From Acidimicrobiales bacterium (GTDB lineage: Bacteria; Actinomycetota; Acidimicrobiia; Acidimicrobiales; Bin134): a stretch of 64,000 bases of DNA. The stretch spans positions 1,819,162 through 1,883,161 of the forward strand of contig OZ242339.1 of the NCBI GenBank assembly GCA_965208505.1, given 5' to 3'. Below, piece by piece: positions 25,367 to 34,344 of this stretch (the first letter of the stretch is position 1; each line of letters begins with the position of its first letter). Position numbers and translations under genes: made by a program. The notes beneath the pieces are model-generated. The model worked only from the letters and a program-made list of their open reading frames with translations. It had not been told where the DNA came from and did not search any database.

Positions 25367-26121
25367 TGAATCCCACCCAGTCAAGTACCGAGTCTCCGTT
25401 TCGCGACCGACCCCCGCTCGGTGATGAGGCTGCTGTCGAGATTCTGGCCACTGGCGAGTTGGAAGTACTGGGGCGCATGCCCTGGAGTTCCAACATGACG
25501 TTCTTGGTGGACGTCCACGCCCCCAATACCCCCATCATCCAGGGGGTGTACAAGCCAGTGAAGGGCGAGCGACCCTTGTGGGACTTCCCCGCCGGGCTGC
25601 ACAAGCGGGAGATCGCCGCCTTCGAAATGGCCGGCACCCTTGGCTGGGACCTAGTGCCACCGACCGTGTTGAGAGACGGGCCGCTGGGCGAGGGATCGGT
25701 GCAGTTATACGTGCCCACCGACTACGACGAGCACTACTTCACCCTCCGCGAAGAACCCGCCCACCACCGCTGGTTCCAGCGGCTTTGTGCATTCGACTTC
25801 ATCATCAACAGCACCGACCGCAAAGGGGGCCACATCCTGCTCGGCCATGACGGGCGCCTCTATGCCATCGACAATGGCCTGTCATTCCACTGTGAATTCA
25901 AGTTGCGCACGGTGATCTGGGAATGGGCTGGAGAGCCGCTACCCCCCGATCTTGCCGACGACGTTGGCCGCCTCCTAACCGATGGCCTGCCCCCCGGGGT
26001 GACAGACCTGCTCACCCTGCTAGAACGAGACGCCCTAATGACCCGGGCAAGTGCTTTGGTCAGCGAGAACCGCTTCCCCGTCGACCCCAGCGGCCGCCGC
26101 CACCCCTGGCCTCTGGTGTAG
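25366..26121 (+). CDS. SCO1664-family protein (PI3/4-kinase-like fold)
   Basis: ATG 25366 overlaps the DUF3090 stop (TGATG); the track start TTG 25345 is an alternative. Conserved third member of the actinobacterial triad. Confidence 0.7.
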   Translation: MNPTQSSTESPFRDRPPLGDEAAVEILATGELEVLGRMPWSSNMTFLVDVHAPNTPIIQGVYKPVKGERPLWDFPAGLHKREIAAFEMAGTLGWDLVPPTVLRDGPLGEGSVQLYVPTDYDEHYFTLREEPAHHRWFQRLCAFDFIINSTDRKGGHILLGHDGRLYAIDNGLSFHCEFKLRTVIWEWAGEPLPPDLADDVGRLLTDGLPPGVTDLLTLLERDALMTRASALVSENRFPVDPSGRRHPWPLV

Positions 26122-26137
26122 CGACCGCCCCTGTCGT

Positions 26138-27100
26138 TCAGCCCCGGGTTTGGAGGGCTTCGATCAGTTTGGGCAGGACCTTGTGGACATCGCCGACTAC
26201 GCCGAGGTCGGCGATGCCGAAGATAGGTGCCTCGGCGTCTTTGTTGATGGCGATGATGTTCTTAGAACCCTTCATGCCCACCATGTGCTGGGTGGCTCCG
26301 GATATGCCGCAGGCCACATAGACGTCGGGCTTGACCACCTTGCCGGTCTGGCCCACCTGATGCGAGTAGGGAACCCATCCGGCGTCCACGATGGCACGTG
26401 ACGCGCCAGCGGCACCGCCCAGAAGCTTGGCCAAGTCCTCGATCATGGAGTACTTCCCGGCTTCGCCCAGGCCCCGTCCGCCGGAGACGACTATGCCGGC
26501 CTCATCAAGCTTGGGGCCGGTGGACTCCTCGGCGAAGCGGTCGACCACCCGGGCTGCTCCGGTGGCGCCAAGATCGGGAACCGGCAAAGCCGACACCGCG
26601 GCCGGGCCCCCGCCGCTCTCCTCGGCGGCGAATGACTTGGGGCGAACGAGGAACAGGCCGACACCAGCCGTGCTGAACCGCGTGCTGACGTTGACCGTGC
26701 CGCCGAATACCGGCTCGATTCCGACCAATGATCCCCCGGCTTCGTCCAACTCGACGACGTTGGTGATGACCGGCGCACCGAGTTTGACCGAGAGCCGTCC
26801 GGCCACGTCGCGGCCATCGTAGGTGGTGCCGAACAAGATCGCGTCGGGAGCGGCGCCTCCCTCGATGGCCGCAGCCATAGCCGAAGCCACCGCAGGGCCG
26901 GCCAAACCATCGCCCAAGTCGCCCGTTGCATGGACCGTGGTGGCCCCATGAGCGCCCAGCTCGGCAGCCAGGGGCTCGCCGTCTGTGCCCACCACCGCTT
27001 CCACGGTGTCGGCCAGCTCGCGGGCCCTGGTCAACAGCTCCAGGCTGATCGAGGCGACCTTGCCGCCCGATTCCTCGGCATAAACCCAGATGGTTCCCAT
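26138..27100 (-). CDS. etfA: Electron transfer flavoprotein subunit alpha
   Basis: 320 aa. C-terminal FAD-binding signature [27 protein letters not shown]. Confidence 0.93.
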   Translation of the reverse strand: MGTIWVYAEESGGKVASISLELLTRARELADTVEAVVGTDGEPLAAELGAHGATTVHATGDLGDGLAGPAVASAMAAAIEGGAAPDAILFGTTYDGRDVAGRLSVKLGAPVITNVVELDEAGGSLVGIEPVFGGTVNVSTRFSTAGVGLFLVRPKSFAAEESGGGPAAVSALPVPDLGATGAARVVDRFAEESTGPKLDEAGIVVSGGRGLGEAGKYSMIEDLAKLLGGAAGASRAIVDAGWVPYSHQVGQTGKVVKPDVYVACGISGATQHMVGMKGSKNIIAINKDAEAPIFGIADLGVVGDVHKVLPKLIEALQTRG

Positions 27101-27108
27101 TTCGCCTC

Positions 27109-27888
27109 CTAAACGATCCGAAGCTCTTCGAGCAGGGCGATGATGCGCTCGTGGGCGTCGCCCTCGTCAGTGATGATCTCGCCCGCCTCCCGCTCAGGGG
27201 CGGGGCTGACATCGGTGATGTCCTGGCCGCCTCCGGCCCAACCCACCTGGTCGGGGCTGATGCCCAAATCGCCGATTCCCACCTGGTCCATAGGCTTGGA
27301 TTTGGCCGCCATGATGCCCTTGAACGACGGGTAGCGGGGCTCGACCACCCCTGCGGTCACTGAGACCACCGCAGGCAGAGGGCACCGTACCTCGTCGTAG
27401 CCGGCCTCGGTTTGGCGCTTCACCACTACCTCGCCGCTTTCAGCTTGGATCTCTTTGGCAAAGGTGACCGAGGGAAGGCCCAGCAACTCGGCCACCTGCT
27501 CGGGAACCGTGCCGGTGTAGCCGTCGGACGACTCGGTGGCGGCCAGGATGAGGTCGGCCTGGGCCCGGCCGATGGCTGCGGCCAGCACTCGAGCGGTACC
27601 CAGGGCGTCGGTTCCGGCCAATGCCTGGTCGCTCACCAAGATGGCCTTGTCCGCCCCCATGGCCAGTGCCGACCGAAGGCCGTTCACCTCTTCATTGGGA
27701 GCCATCGATACCAATGTCACCTCGCCCTCGCCGGCTGCATCGCGCAGCTGGAGGGCCATCTCCACGCCGTAGGAGTCCGACTCGTCCATGATGAGCTTCA
27801 TGTCCCGCTTGAGGGTGTTGGTCTCCGGGTCGAGCTCCCCTGGATCGGCTGGATCGGGGATCTGTTTCACACAGACGACTATGTCCAT
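27109..27888 (-). CDS. etfB: Electron transfer flavoprotein subunit beta
   Basis: Canonical N-terminus MDIVVCVKQIPDP from ATG 27888. The track ORF extends upstream to 28023. Confidence 0.92.
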   Translation of the reverse strand: MDIVVCVKQIPDPADPGELDPETNTLKRDMKLIMDESDSYGVEMALQLRDAAGEGEVTLVSMAPNEEVNGLRSALAMGADKAILVSDQALAGTDALGTARVLAAAIGRAQADLILAATESSDGYTGTVPEQVAELLGLPSVTFAKEIQAESGEVVVKRQTEAGYDEVRCPLPAVVSVTAGVVEPRYPSFKGIMAAKSKPMDQVGIGDLGISPDQVGWAGGGQDITDVSPAPEREAGEIITDEGDAHERIIALLEELRIV

Positions 27889-27891
27889 AGC

Positions 27892-28911
27892 GTGCAAGTC
27901 TCCCACCACACTTCTGGCGCGCAAAACCAAACGAGGGGGAGCCGCAACAGCCGCGTTTTCTGGTGCCAATGGGCAACAAGTAGCGTTGAGAGCCTGAAAG
28001 TCCTCCTCCTTGTCAACCCTCACGCCTCATCGGTCACGGCCCGGACTCAGGTTGTCATCCAAAAGGCCCTGGCCGCTGACCACAAAGTAACTCTGGCCGC
28101 CACCCATCGTCGGGGCCACGCCTCGCGCCTAGCCCACGGGGCAGTGGCCGACGGCTGCGATGCCGTAGCGGTGCTGGGTGGCGACGGAACCCTGAATGAG
28201 GCCATCAACGGCCTGGCCGGATCCGATGTGGCGCTGGCCCCCCTGCCGGGAGGATCGACCAACGTGTTCGCCCGGACGATAGGGCTGCCCGATGATCCCG
28301 TGGAGGCAGCCGCCATGCTGCTGGAGACGCTGGCCGCCGGCCACATAAAGCGAGTTGGGCTGGGCCAGGTGAACGGGAGGTACTTCCTATTTCACGCAGG
28401 AGTCGGCTACGACGCGGCCGTGGTCCAGCAAGTGGAGCGGCGAGCGGGGCTGAAGCGGTACGCCAATCACGCCCTGTTCGCTTTCGCGGCCGTGGACACC
28501 TGGCTGCGCCACTACGACCGGTCGCGGCCCCGGTTCACCGTCTACCACGCCGACGGCGAGGCCGTAACCGGCCAGTTCGCCATCTGCCTCAACACCAATC
28601 CCTACACCTATCTGGGCACACGCCCCTTCAACGTGATGCCCGACACCACCCTGGATGCACCCCTTTCGATGGTTACCATGCGATCACTGCGGGCCAACCG
28701 CCTCCTGCGGGTTGCGGCCAGCGCTCTGGGCTACGGACCCCCGGTAATCACCCACCGCCACGTCCACTCCCGCCCTGATGTGCTCACCGCCGTTGTGGCC
28801 AGCGACACCCCTTTCCCCTACCAGCTCGACGGCGACTACCTCGGCGAAACCACCCGCCTCGAGTTCCACCACGCCCCCGGAGCCCTTGCCCTGGCCTTGC
28901 CGGTGGCGTGA
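27892..28911 (+). CDS. Diacylglycerol/lipid kinase family protein (DAGK catalytic domain, YegS/BmrU-like)
   Basis: KVLLLVNPHASS..AVLGGDGTLNEAINGL motifs. The start is uncertain. The only canonical in-frame start before the domain is GTG 27892, 3 nt from the divergent etfB ATG; CTG 27994 is the other option. The 5' part of track ORF 27412..28911 is antisense to etfB. Confidence 0.7.
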   Translation: MQVSHHTSGAQNQTRGSRNSRVFWCQWATSSVESLKVLLLVNPHASSVTARTQVVIQKALAADHKVTLAATHRRGHASRLAHGAVADGCDAVAVLGGDGTLNEAINGLAGSDVALAPLPGGSTNVFARTIGLPDDPVEAAAMLLETLAAGHIKRVGLGQVNGRYFLFHAGVGYDAAVVQQVERRAGLKRYANHALFAFAAVDTWLRHYDRSRPRFTVYHADGEAVTGQFAICLNTNPYTYLGTRPFNVMPDTTLDAPLSMVTMRSLRANRLLRVAASALGYGPPVITHRHVHSRPDVLTAVVASDTPFPYQLDGDYLGETTRLEFHHAPGALALALPVA

Positions 28912-28914
28912 CCG

Positions 28915-29625
28915 TTAACCCTTTCCCAGCGCCTCTCGGGCGATATCGGGGACGTCGGTGATCACGGCGTCGGCGCCCATGGCGGCCAGTTGGGCGATTT
29001 GGTCGGGGTCGTTGACGGTCCAGACGTTGACCTCGAGGCCGGCGGCGTGAGCAGAATCGATGAGGGCTTGGCTGGTTGAGGCAAAGTAGGGGTGGATGAC
29101 GGTGTGGCCGGCGGCGACAACCCGGGCCACCAGCAAGTCGGGGGCCAGCACCTCGAAGGTCAGATACGCAGTGGGAATCCCGGGGTCGATTTCCCTGATC
29201 CGGTTGAGGGCCTCCATGTCGAACGACGAGACGATCACCTCGCCATGGTGCTCTCCTATCCCCCACCCCAGCACCAACCCGGCCACCGCGGCCGAAACCT
29301 GGTGCTCGGCGTCGTAATCGGGGTCGTTGGGCGCGCTCTTGATCTCGATGTTGACCACAAACTCCCGGTCCGCCGCGGGGTCCCGACATACGTCCATCAC
29401 TTCGGCCAGTGTCGGAACCCAGCCGGGCAGGTCGTCGTCCTGCAATTCGACGATGGCCCGACCGTCGGGCAGATGGGCGTCGTGGTGAACCACCAGCACG
29501 TCGTTGGCCGTGCGCCTCACGTCTAGCTCTACGCCATCGGCGTTCAACCGCACCGCGGCGCGGAACGCATCCAGGGTGTTCTCCCGCTCGGCCGCCGATG
29601 CCCCCCGATGGGCGATGACCCTCAC
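28915..29625 (-). CDS. Glycerophosphodiester phosphodiesterase
   Basis: MRVIAHRGASAAERENTLDAFRAAVRLNADGVELDVRRT is the GDPD N-terminal signature. Confidence 0.9.
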   Translation of the reverse strand: MRVIAHRGASAAERENTLDAFRAAVRLNADGVELDVRRTANDVLVVHHDAHLPDGRAIVELQDDDLPGWVPTLAEVMDVCRDPAADREFVVNIEIKSAPNDPDYDAEHQVSAAVAGLVLGWGIGEHHGEVIVSSFDMEALNRIREIDPGIPTAYLTFEVLAPDLLVARVVAAGHTVIHPYFASTSQALIDSAHAAGLEVNVWTVNDPDQIAQLAAMGADAVITDVPDIAREALGKG

Positions 29626-29752
29626 GGGACCAATCTTGCCTTTCGGCTCACGAAACCCATACTCACAGCACCAACAGGATTATCAACAATAAACACATTC
29701 ATCACCAGCCCCTCTTGCCACACCAGTAGACCACCTCTATCCTTATACCCGC

Positions 29753-30058
29753 GTGATATCCAAGACCTTGCTGGAAAAACTAGAAACCGCAGCCAACGAT
29801 TGGCGGTGCCAAGCCGCCTGTCGAGACACCGATCCCGACCTGTTCTTCCCGGTTGGCAGCACGGGTTTGGCCCTCGAGCAGATCGAGACGGCCAAAGTGG
29901 TGTGCCAAGCCTGCGACGCCCAGTCGGCGTGCTTGGAGTTTGCTTTGGCCACCAACCAGGACTCCGGCGTCTGGGGGGGCACTTCTGAAGAAGAGCGCCG
30001 CCCGCTCCGCCGCCGCTGGGTTGCCGAACAGCGCCAAGCGTCCATCATCTTGGCCTAG
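29753..30058 (+). CDS. whiB: WhiB-family redox-sensing transcriptional regulator
   Basis: Four Cys pattern C..C-X..-CQAC-X5-C, followed by GVWGG and a basic C-terminal tail. An AT-rich upstream region precedes it. Confidence 0.92.
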   Translation: MISKTLLEKLETAANDWRCQAACRDTDPDLFFPVGSTGLALEQIETAKVVCQACDAQSACLEFALATNQDSGVWGGTSEEERRPLRRRWVAEQRQASIILA

Positions 30059-31535
30059 CTGACTCTCGGGAAGCGGCCCCTAGCAGGGGGATTGCCACCT
30101 CCACCACAGTTCCAGGACGATGGGGATCACCATCGCCATTGGCCATGGTGATGGTCCCCCGCAGATCAGCGCTCACCAGGTTTCTAACAATGGCGATTCC
30201 CAACCCGTCGGCGCTGTCCACGTCGAAGCCCGGTGGCAACCCAACCCCGTCGTCGGTCACCCGCACCTGAACTCGTTCGCCATCGTTGTCCAGCTCTATC
30301 CGCACCTGTCCGCCGGGCGGCTCGGGATAGGCGTGGTCCATCACGTTTTGCAAGCACTCGTTCAGCACGACGGCAAGAGGGGTGGCCACATCGGCAGCCA
30401 ACTCTCCGGCATCGCCGGTCACCTTGAATTCCACCGGCCGGTCGGGACCGGTCAGCCCCTCCTCCACCATCCGCACCAGCGACCGCACGATTTCCACGAA
30501 AGGCACATCGCTGCTGGCGTCGCGCGACAAGATCTCGTGGACGAGTGCTATGGCCCGAATGCGCCTCACTGATTCCTCGATGGCATCCCGGGCTTCGGCG
30601 GCAACGGCCCGGCGCCCTTGAAGGCGCAATAGCGAGGACACCGTTTGGAGGTTGTTCTTAACTCGATGGTGGATCTCAGCGATCGTGGCGTCCTTGGACA
30701 TCAGGAGACGATCCCGGCGGCGCAATTCCGATATGTCCCGCATCAGCACCAATGCGCCGGTCACCTCCCCTCTGCCGATCAACGGCAGGCAACGCAGTAC
30801 CACAGTGCCCCGGTCACCATGTTGAATCTCCTCAGTCTGGGGCAGGCGGGAGGCGAACGCGGCTCGAATAGCCCGCTGCTCCAGGCCGATCTCCACCAGT
30901 CGTCGGCCTTCGACATCGCTGTGGAGGCCGATGCGATGCAACGCCGAGGCGGCGTTGGGGGAGATGAGCTGAACCCGGCCTGAAGCGTCCAACAGCATCA
31001 GGCCGTCTCCCACCCGGGGCGATTCCTCGGTCTCGATGTCGTCTACCGGGAATGGGTACTCCCCCTCGGCGATCATGGCGGCCAACCGCCGGAAGAGCTT
31101 GAAGTAGCTCATCTCCAGCTCGCCGGGATTTCGCTGGGTGTCGGGATCGAACTCCCGGGCCATTACTGCCACTACCTCGCCATGGCAGCTCACCGGCACG
31201 GTCAGGGTGCGGACCCGGGGCTGGTCGACGTGGCCGATGCGCCCGCCGTCGGTTATCCGCCCCTCTCTATAGGCCACGTCCACCAGAGGACGCTGCTCGG
31301 GAGCGAACACCTCCCCCACCAAGTTGTTGCGATGGATCGACCGGGCCGTGGTGGGCCGGATCTGTCCGGCAATGGCATAGCTCTCCGCGATGTCGGTCGC
31401 CTGCCCGGCGGGCACGTAAAGCAGCAGGTCGGCAAAGGAGATGTCAGCCAGCGGTGCCCACGTGCGCATGAGCCTCTGGAGGTGGTTGAGGCGCGACTTG
31501 GCCAGACCGGGGGCCAGTTCCTCCAGGTTCGCCAT
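30045..31535 (-). CDS. pdtaS: PdtaS-type sensor histidine kinase (GAF/PAS, HisKA_2, HATPase)
   Basis: H-box EIHHRVKNNLQTVSSLLRLQ and a C-terminal ATPase domain. Convergent with whiB, as with whiB1/pdtaS in M. tuberculosis. Confidence 0.85.
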   Translation of the reverse strand: MANLEELAPGLAKSRLNHLQRLMRTWAPLADISFADLLLYVPAGQATDIAESYAIAGQIRPTTARSIHRNNLVGEVFAPEQRPLVDVAYREGRITDGGRIGHVDQPRVRTLTVPVSCHGEVVAVMAREFDPDTQRNPGELEMSYFKLFRRLAAMIAEGEYPFPVDDIETEESPRVGDGLMLLDASGRVQLISPNAASALHRIGLHSDVEGRRLVEIGLEQRAIRAAFASRLPQTEEIQHGDRGTVVLRCLPLIGRGEVTGALVLMRDISELRRRDRLLMSKDATIAEIHHRVKNNLQTVSSLLRLQGRRAVAAEARDAIEESVRRIRAIALVHEILSRDASSDVPFVEIVRSLVRMVEEGLTGPDRPVEFKVTGDAGELAADVATPLAVVLNECLQNVMDHAYPEPPGGQVRIELDNDGERVQVRVTDDGVGLPPGFDVDSADGLGIAIVRNLVSADLRGTITMANGDGDPHRPGTVVEVAIPLLGAASRESARPR

Positions 31536-31561
31536 CAGCCAAGCTTATGGCTCGTGGCGAA

Positions 31562-31792
31562 TCAGCTCCCGAAGCCGATGGATCGACCTGAGGCTGAGGG
31601 ATCGAGTTCCACGTAGGCCACGCTGGAGGCCGGTACCCCCACCTCGCGACCCCGATTGTCGGTCAACCACAGCATCTCGCCGGATGCCAGCCCCGAGGTG
31701 ATGGCCTTCTTCACCGTCTCCACATCGGAGTCGGGGTCCAATTCCACCTCGATCTCTTTCTGGCTTCGGATTACCCCGATTCGGACGTGCAT
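31562..31792 (-). CDS. DUF3107 family protein
   Basis: 76 aa from ATG 31792: MHVRIGVIRSQKEIEVELDPDSDVETVKKAITSGLASGEMLWLTDNRGREVGVPASSVAYVEL. The track ORF extends upstream to 31945. Confidence 0.8.
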   Translation of the reverse strand: MHVRIGVIRSQKEIEVELDPDSDVETVKKAITSGLASGEMLWLTDNRGREVGVPASSVAYVELDPSASGRSIGFGS

Positions 31793-31814
31793 GCAATTTC
31801 TCCTTGGGCTCGAG

Positions 31815-32657
31815 CTAGTTGATCTTGAGCTCTGGGCTATAAATCCGCCGGGGTGGAGGGTTGTCCACCAGGTAGGCGGCCATGGCCGTAAACGCCCGGC
31901 CGGCCTCAGAGTGCGGGGCCTCTGCCGCGATGGGACGGCCCCCATCAGCTCCCTCCCGCAGTGCGGGCAGCAACGGCACCTGACCGATCAGGGGCACACC
32001 GAGCTTTTCGGCCAATTCTTGTCCTCCCCCGGCGCCGAACAGCTCATAGCGTTTGCCATCGTCGCCGATGAACCAGCTCATGTTCTCGATCACCCCTCGC
32101 ACGCTGAGGTTGACCTTCTCGGCCATGAACGCAGCCCGCTGAGCCACCCGCTGGGCCGCGGGCTGAGGGGTGGTCACCACGTACACCTCGGAGCGGGGCA
32201 GGAATTGGGCCAAAGAGATGGAGATGTCGCCGGTGCCCGGCGGCAAGTCCACCAGCAAGAAATCGGGGTCGTCCCAGGCCACGTCGGTGAGAAACTGCTC
32301 CAGAGCCTTGTGGAGCATGGGACCCCGCCAGATCACGGCCTGGTCCTCCTCAGCGAAGAACCCCATGGAGATGCACCGCACGCCGTGAGCCTCAGGAGGC
32401 ACGATCATCTCGTTCACCATCTGCGGAAGCTGGTCGATTCCCAGCATCTTGGGAACTGAGAATCCCCACACATCGGCGTCGACCACCGCGGTGCGATGGC
32501 CGGCCGCCGCCAACGCCACTCCCAAATTAACCGTGACCGACGACTTGCCCACTCCCCCCTTGCCAGAGGCGATCAGCATCACCCGCGTGGTGGATCCCGG
32601 ATCGGCAAAGGGGATGGTCCGGCGCGGCGCTTCGGGGGTGTCGCCTGAGGGAGCCAT
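31815..32657 (-). CDS. mrp: Mrp/NBP35/ApbC-family Fe-S cluster carrier ATPase
   Basis: Deviant Walker A IASGKGGVGKSSVTVNLG. Confidence 0.88.
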   Translation of the reverse strand: MAPSGDTPEAPRRTIPFADPGSTTRVMLIASGKGGVGKSSVTVNLGVALAAAGHRTAVVDADVWGFSVPKMLGIDQLPQMVNEMIVPPEAHGVRCISMGFFAEEDQAVIWRGPMLHKALEQFLTDVAWDDPDFLLVDLPPGTGDISISLAQFLPRSEVYVVTTPQPAAQRVAQRAAFMAEKVNLSVRGVIENMSWFIGDDGKRYELFGAGGGQELAEKLGVPLIGQVPLLPALREGADGGRPIAAEAPHSEAGRAFTAMAAYLVDNPPPRRIYSPELKIN

Positions 32658-32696
32658 GCCGGTAGATTACGGCATCGACCCAGAAATCCCTGTGCC

Positions 32697-33833
32697 GTGA
32701 CCAACCGCCACTATCTAGACCACGCGTCCACCTCCCCCATCCGACCCGAGGCGCTTTCAGCAATGAACCTTTGGTGGACCGCCGGACACGGCGACCCCTC
32801 CCGGATGCACGCTGAGGCGCTCACAGCCCGCTATGAGATCGAACAGGCCCGACAGCAGGTGGCCGACTGCTTTGGCGCCCGCTCCCGGGAAGTGGTCTTT
32901 ACCAGCGGGGCCACCGAGTCGATTGCCGCTGCCGTGCGGGGGGCATCGCATCGGGGCACCCACCAGGTGATGAGCGCGGTGGAGCACTCGGCGGTGAGGC
33001 TTTCGTCCCAGCGGCTACAAGCCCAGAATCACCGGGTCACCATGGTCGGAGTGGACAGCACCGGGCGGGTGGACCCCGGCGACATGGCCGCGGCCATCGG
33101 GCCCGACACCGCCGCCATCCACTGCCAGTGGGCCAACCATGAGGTGGGGACGGTGCAGCCGGTGGCCGAGGTCGTCTCCGTCTGCCGGGAGCGCTCCCCC
33201 GATGTGCTGATCCATGTGGACGCCGCCGCGGCCGCGGGCCGGGTGGCGATTGACTTTGCCAATATTGGCGCCGATCTGATGTCAATCAGCGCCCACAAAT
33301 TCGGAGGACCGCCGGGTATCGGGGCCCTGCTGGTGCGCCGCGGGCTGCGCTTGGTGCCGCTGTTGGAAGGCGGCGACCAGGAGCGTGCTCGACGGGCCGG
33401 GCTGGAGAACGGCGCAGCCATCGCCGGCTTTGGAGCCGCTTGCGCCGCTCTCGGGGACGGCGGCTTGGAGCAAGAGGCCGACAGGGCTCGAACTCAAACC
33501 GACAGAATCCGAGACAGGGCGCAGTGCATCGAAAACGTCGTGCTGTACGGCCATCCCACCCATTGCTTGCCTCACTTGGTGTGTTTGGGCGTCGGCGATG
33601 TGGAACCCCAGGCCGTGCTGATCGACTTGGACCGCGCTGGCGTGGCCGCTCATTCGGGCAGTTCGTGCGCCTCAGAGTCGCTGGAGCCGTCGCCTGTGCT
33701 CGAGGCCATGGGCGTTGACGCCCATCAATCGCTGCGCCTGTCAGTGGGATGGTCGACCACCGACTCCAATGTGGACGCGGCCATCGAAGCCCTCGAAGCA
33801 GCTCTGGCCGAATTGCGCAAACTGCGGAGCTAG
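32697..33833 (+). CDS. Cysteine desulfurase (class V aminotransferase, NifS/IscS-like)
   Basis: YLDHASTSP near the N-terminus, the PLP lysine region SISAHKFGGP, and the active-site loop HSGSSCAS. Confidence 0.88.
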   Translation: MTNRHYLDHASTSPIRPEALSAMNLWWTAGHGDPSRMHAEALTARYEIEQARQQVADCFGARSREVVFTSGATESIAAAVRGASHRGTHQVMSAVEHSAVRLSSQRLQAQNHRVTMVGVDSTGRVDPGDMAAAIGPDTAAIHCQWANHEVGTVQPVAEVVSVCRERSPDVLIHVDAAAAAGRVAIDFANIGADLMSISAHKFGGPPGIGALLVRRGLRLVPLLEGGDQERARRAGLENGAAIAGFGAACAALGDGGLEQEADRARTQTDRIRDRAQCIENVVLYGHPTHCLPHLVCLGVGDVEPQAVLIDLDRAGVAAHSGSSCASESLEPSPVLEAMGVDAHQSLRLSVGWSTTDSNVDAAIEALEAALAELRKLRS

Positions 33834-34195
33834 CCCAGCCAGTCGAAGAAGTCGGTACCGGCCAACGCGTTGGAGACGCCGTTCAGATCCTCTACGTGCA
33901 GGAACTCGAAGCCAGCAGCTTCGGCGTAGTACCGGTCTACGTCGGTGTCGCCGATGTGGATGTAGCGGGAGGCCTCAAACTGGTTGCGCACCTGGTCCAA
34001 GTGGTGCTTGCCCCCCACAAAATCCACGTCGATTTCATGGATGTCCCACAGCCGCTGCTGGTCGGAGCGCACCCGGTCTGAGCCGCTGCCGATCACAAAG
34101 CCCCTGGCCTTGGCCTGCCTCATGGCCTCCAGCAAGATCGGCCCCGGCGGGTCCCCGCACTCCAACGTGCCATCGATGTCGAATGAGATCAGGAT
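33830..34195 (-). CDS. Small HAD-superfamily hydrolase (capless)
   Basis: Motif I FDIDGT, motif II GSGS, motif III GGKHH and motif IV GDTDVD. The track ORF (TTG 34165) would delete motif I. The extended frame ILISFDIDGTLE begins right after an in-frame TAA (34196-34198), so the start is non-canonical (ATC 34195 or CTG 34192). Confidence 0.6.
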   Translation of the reverse strand: MLISFDIDGTLECGDPPGPILLEAMRQAKARGFVIGSGSDRVRSDQQRLWDIHEIDVDFVGGKHHLDQVRNQFEASRYIHIGDTDVDRYYAEAAGFEFLHVEDLNGVSNALAGTDFFDWLG

Positions 34196-34212
34196 TTAGG
34201 CAGGTTAGTTTG

Positions 34213-34284
34213 CTCGGGAGGGAGGACTCGAACCCCCAATGACGGGACCAGAACCCGGTGTGTTGCCAATTACACCACTCCCGA
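34213..34284 (-). tRNA. tRNA-Gln (anticodon CTG)
   Basis: Hand-folded. Acceptor tcgggag/ctcccga (U1:A72, G73), D arm gtgt-aattggca-acac, anticodon arm ccggg-ttCTGgt-cccgt (one C:T mismatch at 27:43), 4-nt variable loop, T arm ggggg-ttcgagt-cctcc. Lies 60 nt downstream of gltX. Confidence 0.88.
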
Positions 34285-34344
34285 AAGCAGGGACCAGTGT
34301 ACTCCCCGGTTCCAACAGGGGAGCAACGCTTAAGGGCAGGAGAT

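Noticed and set aside
27412-27891. 5' 160 codons of the 499-aa ORF 27412..28911
   Set aside because: Antisense to etfB and Gly/His/Leu-rich. Recognisable kinase sequence begins only near 27994.
29626-29752. CRP-type site (TGTGA-N6-TCACA) upstream of whiB, by analogy with whiB1
   Set aside because: I scanned the AT-rich upstream region by eye and found only two direct TCAC elements (ctcacgaaacccatactcaca). No inverted repeat with the right spacing was present.
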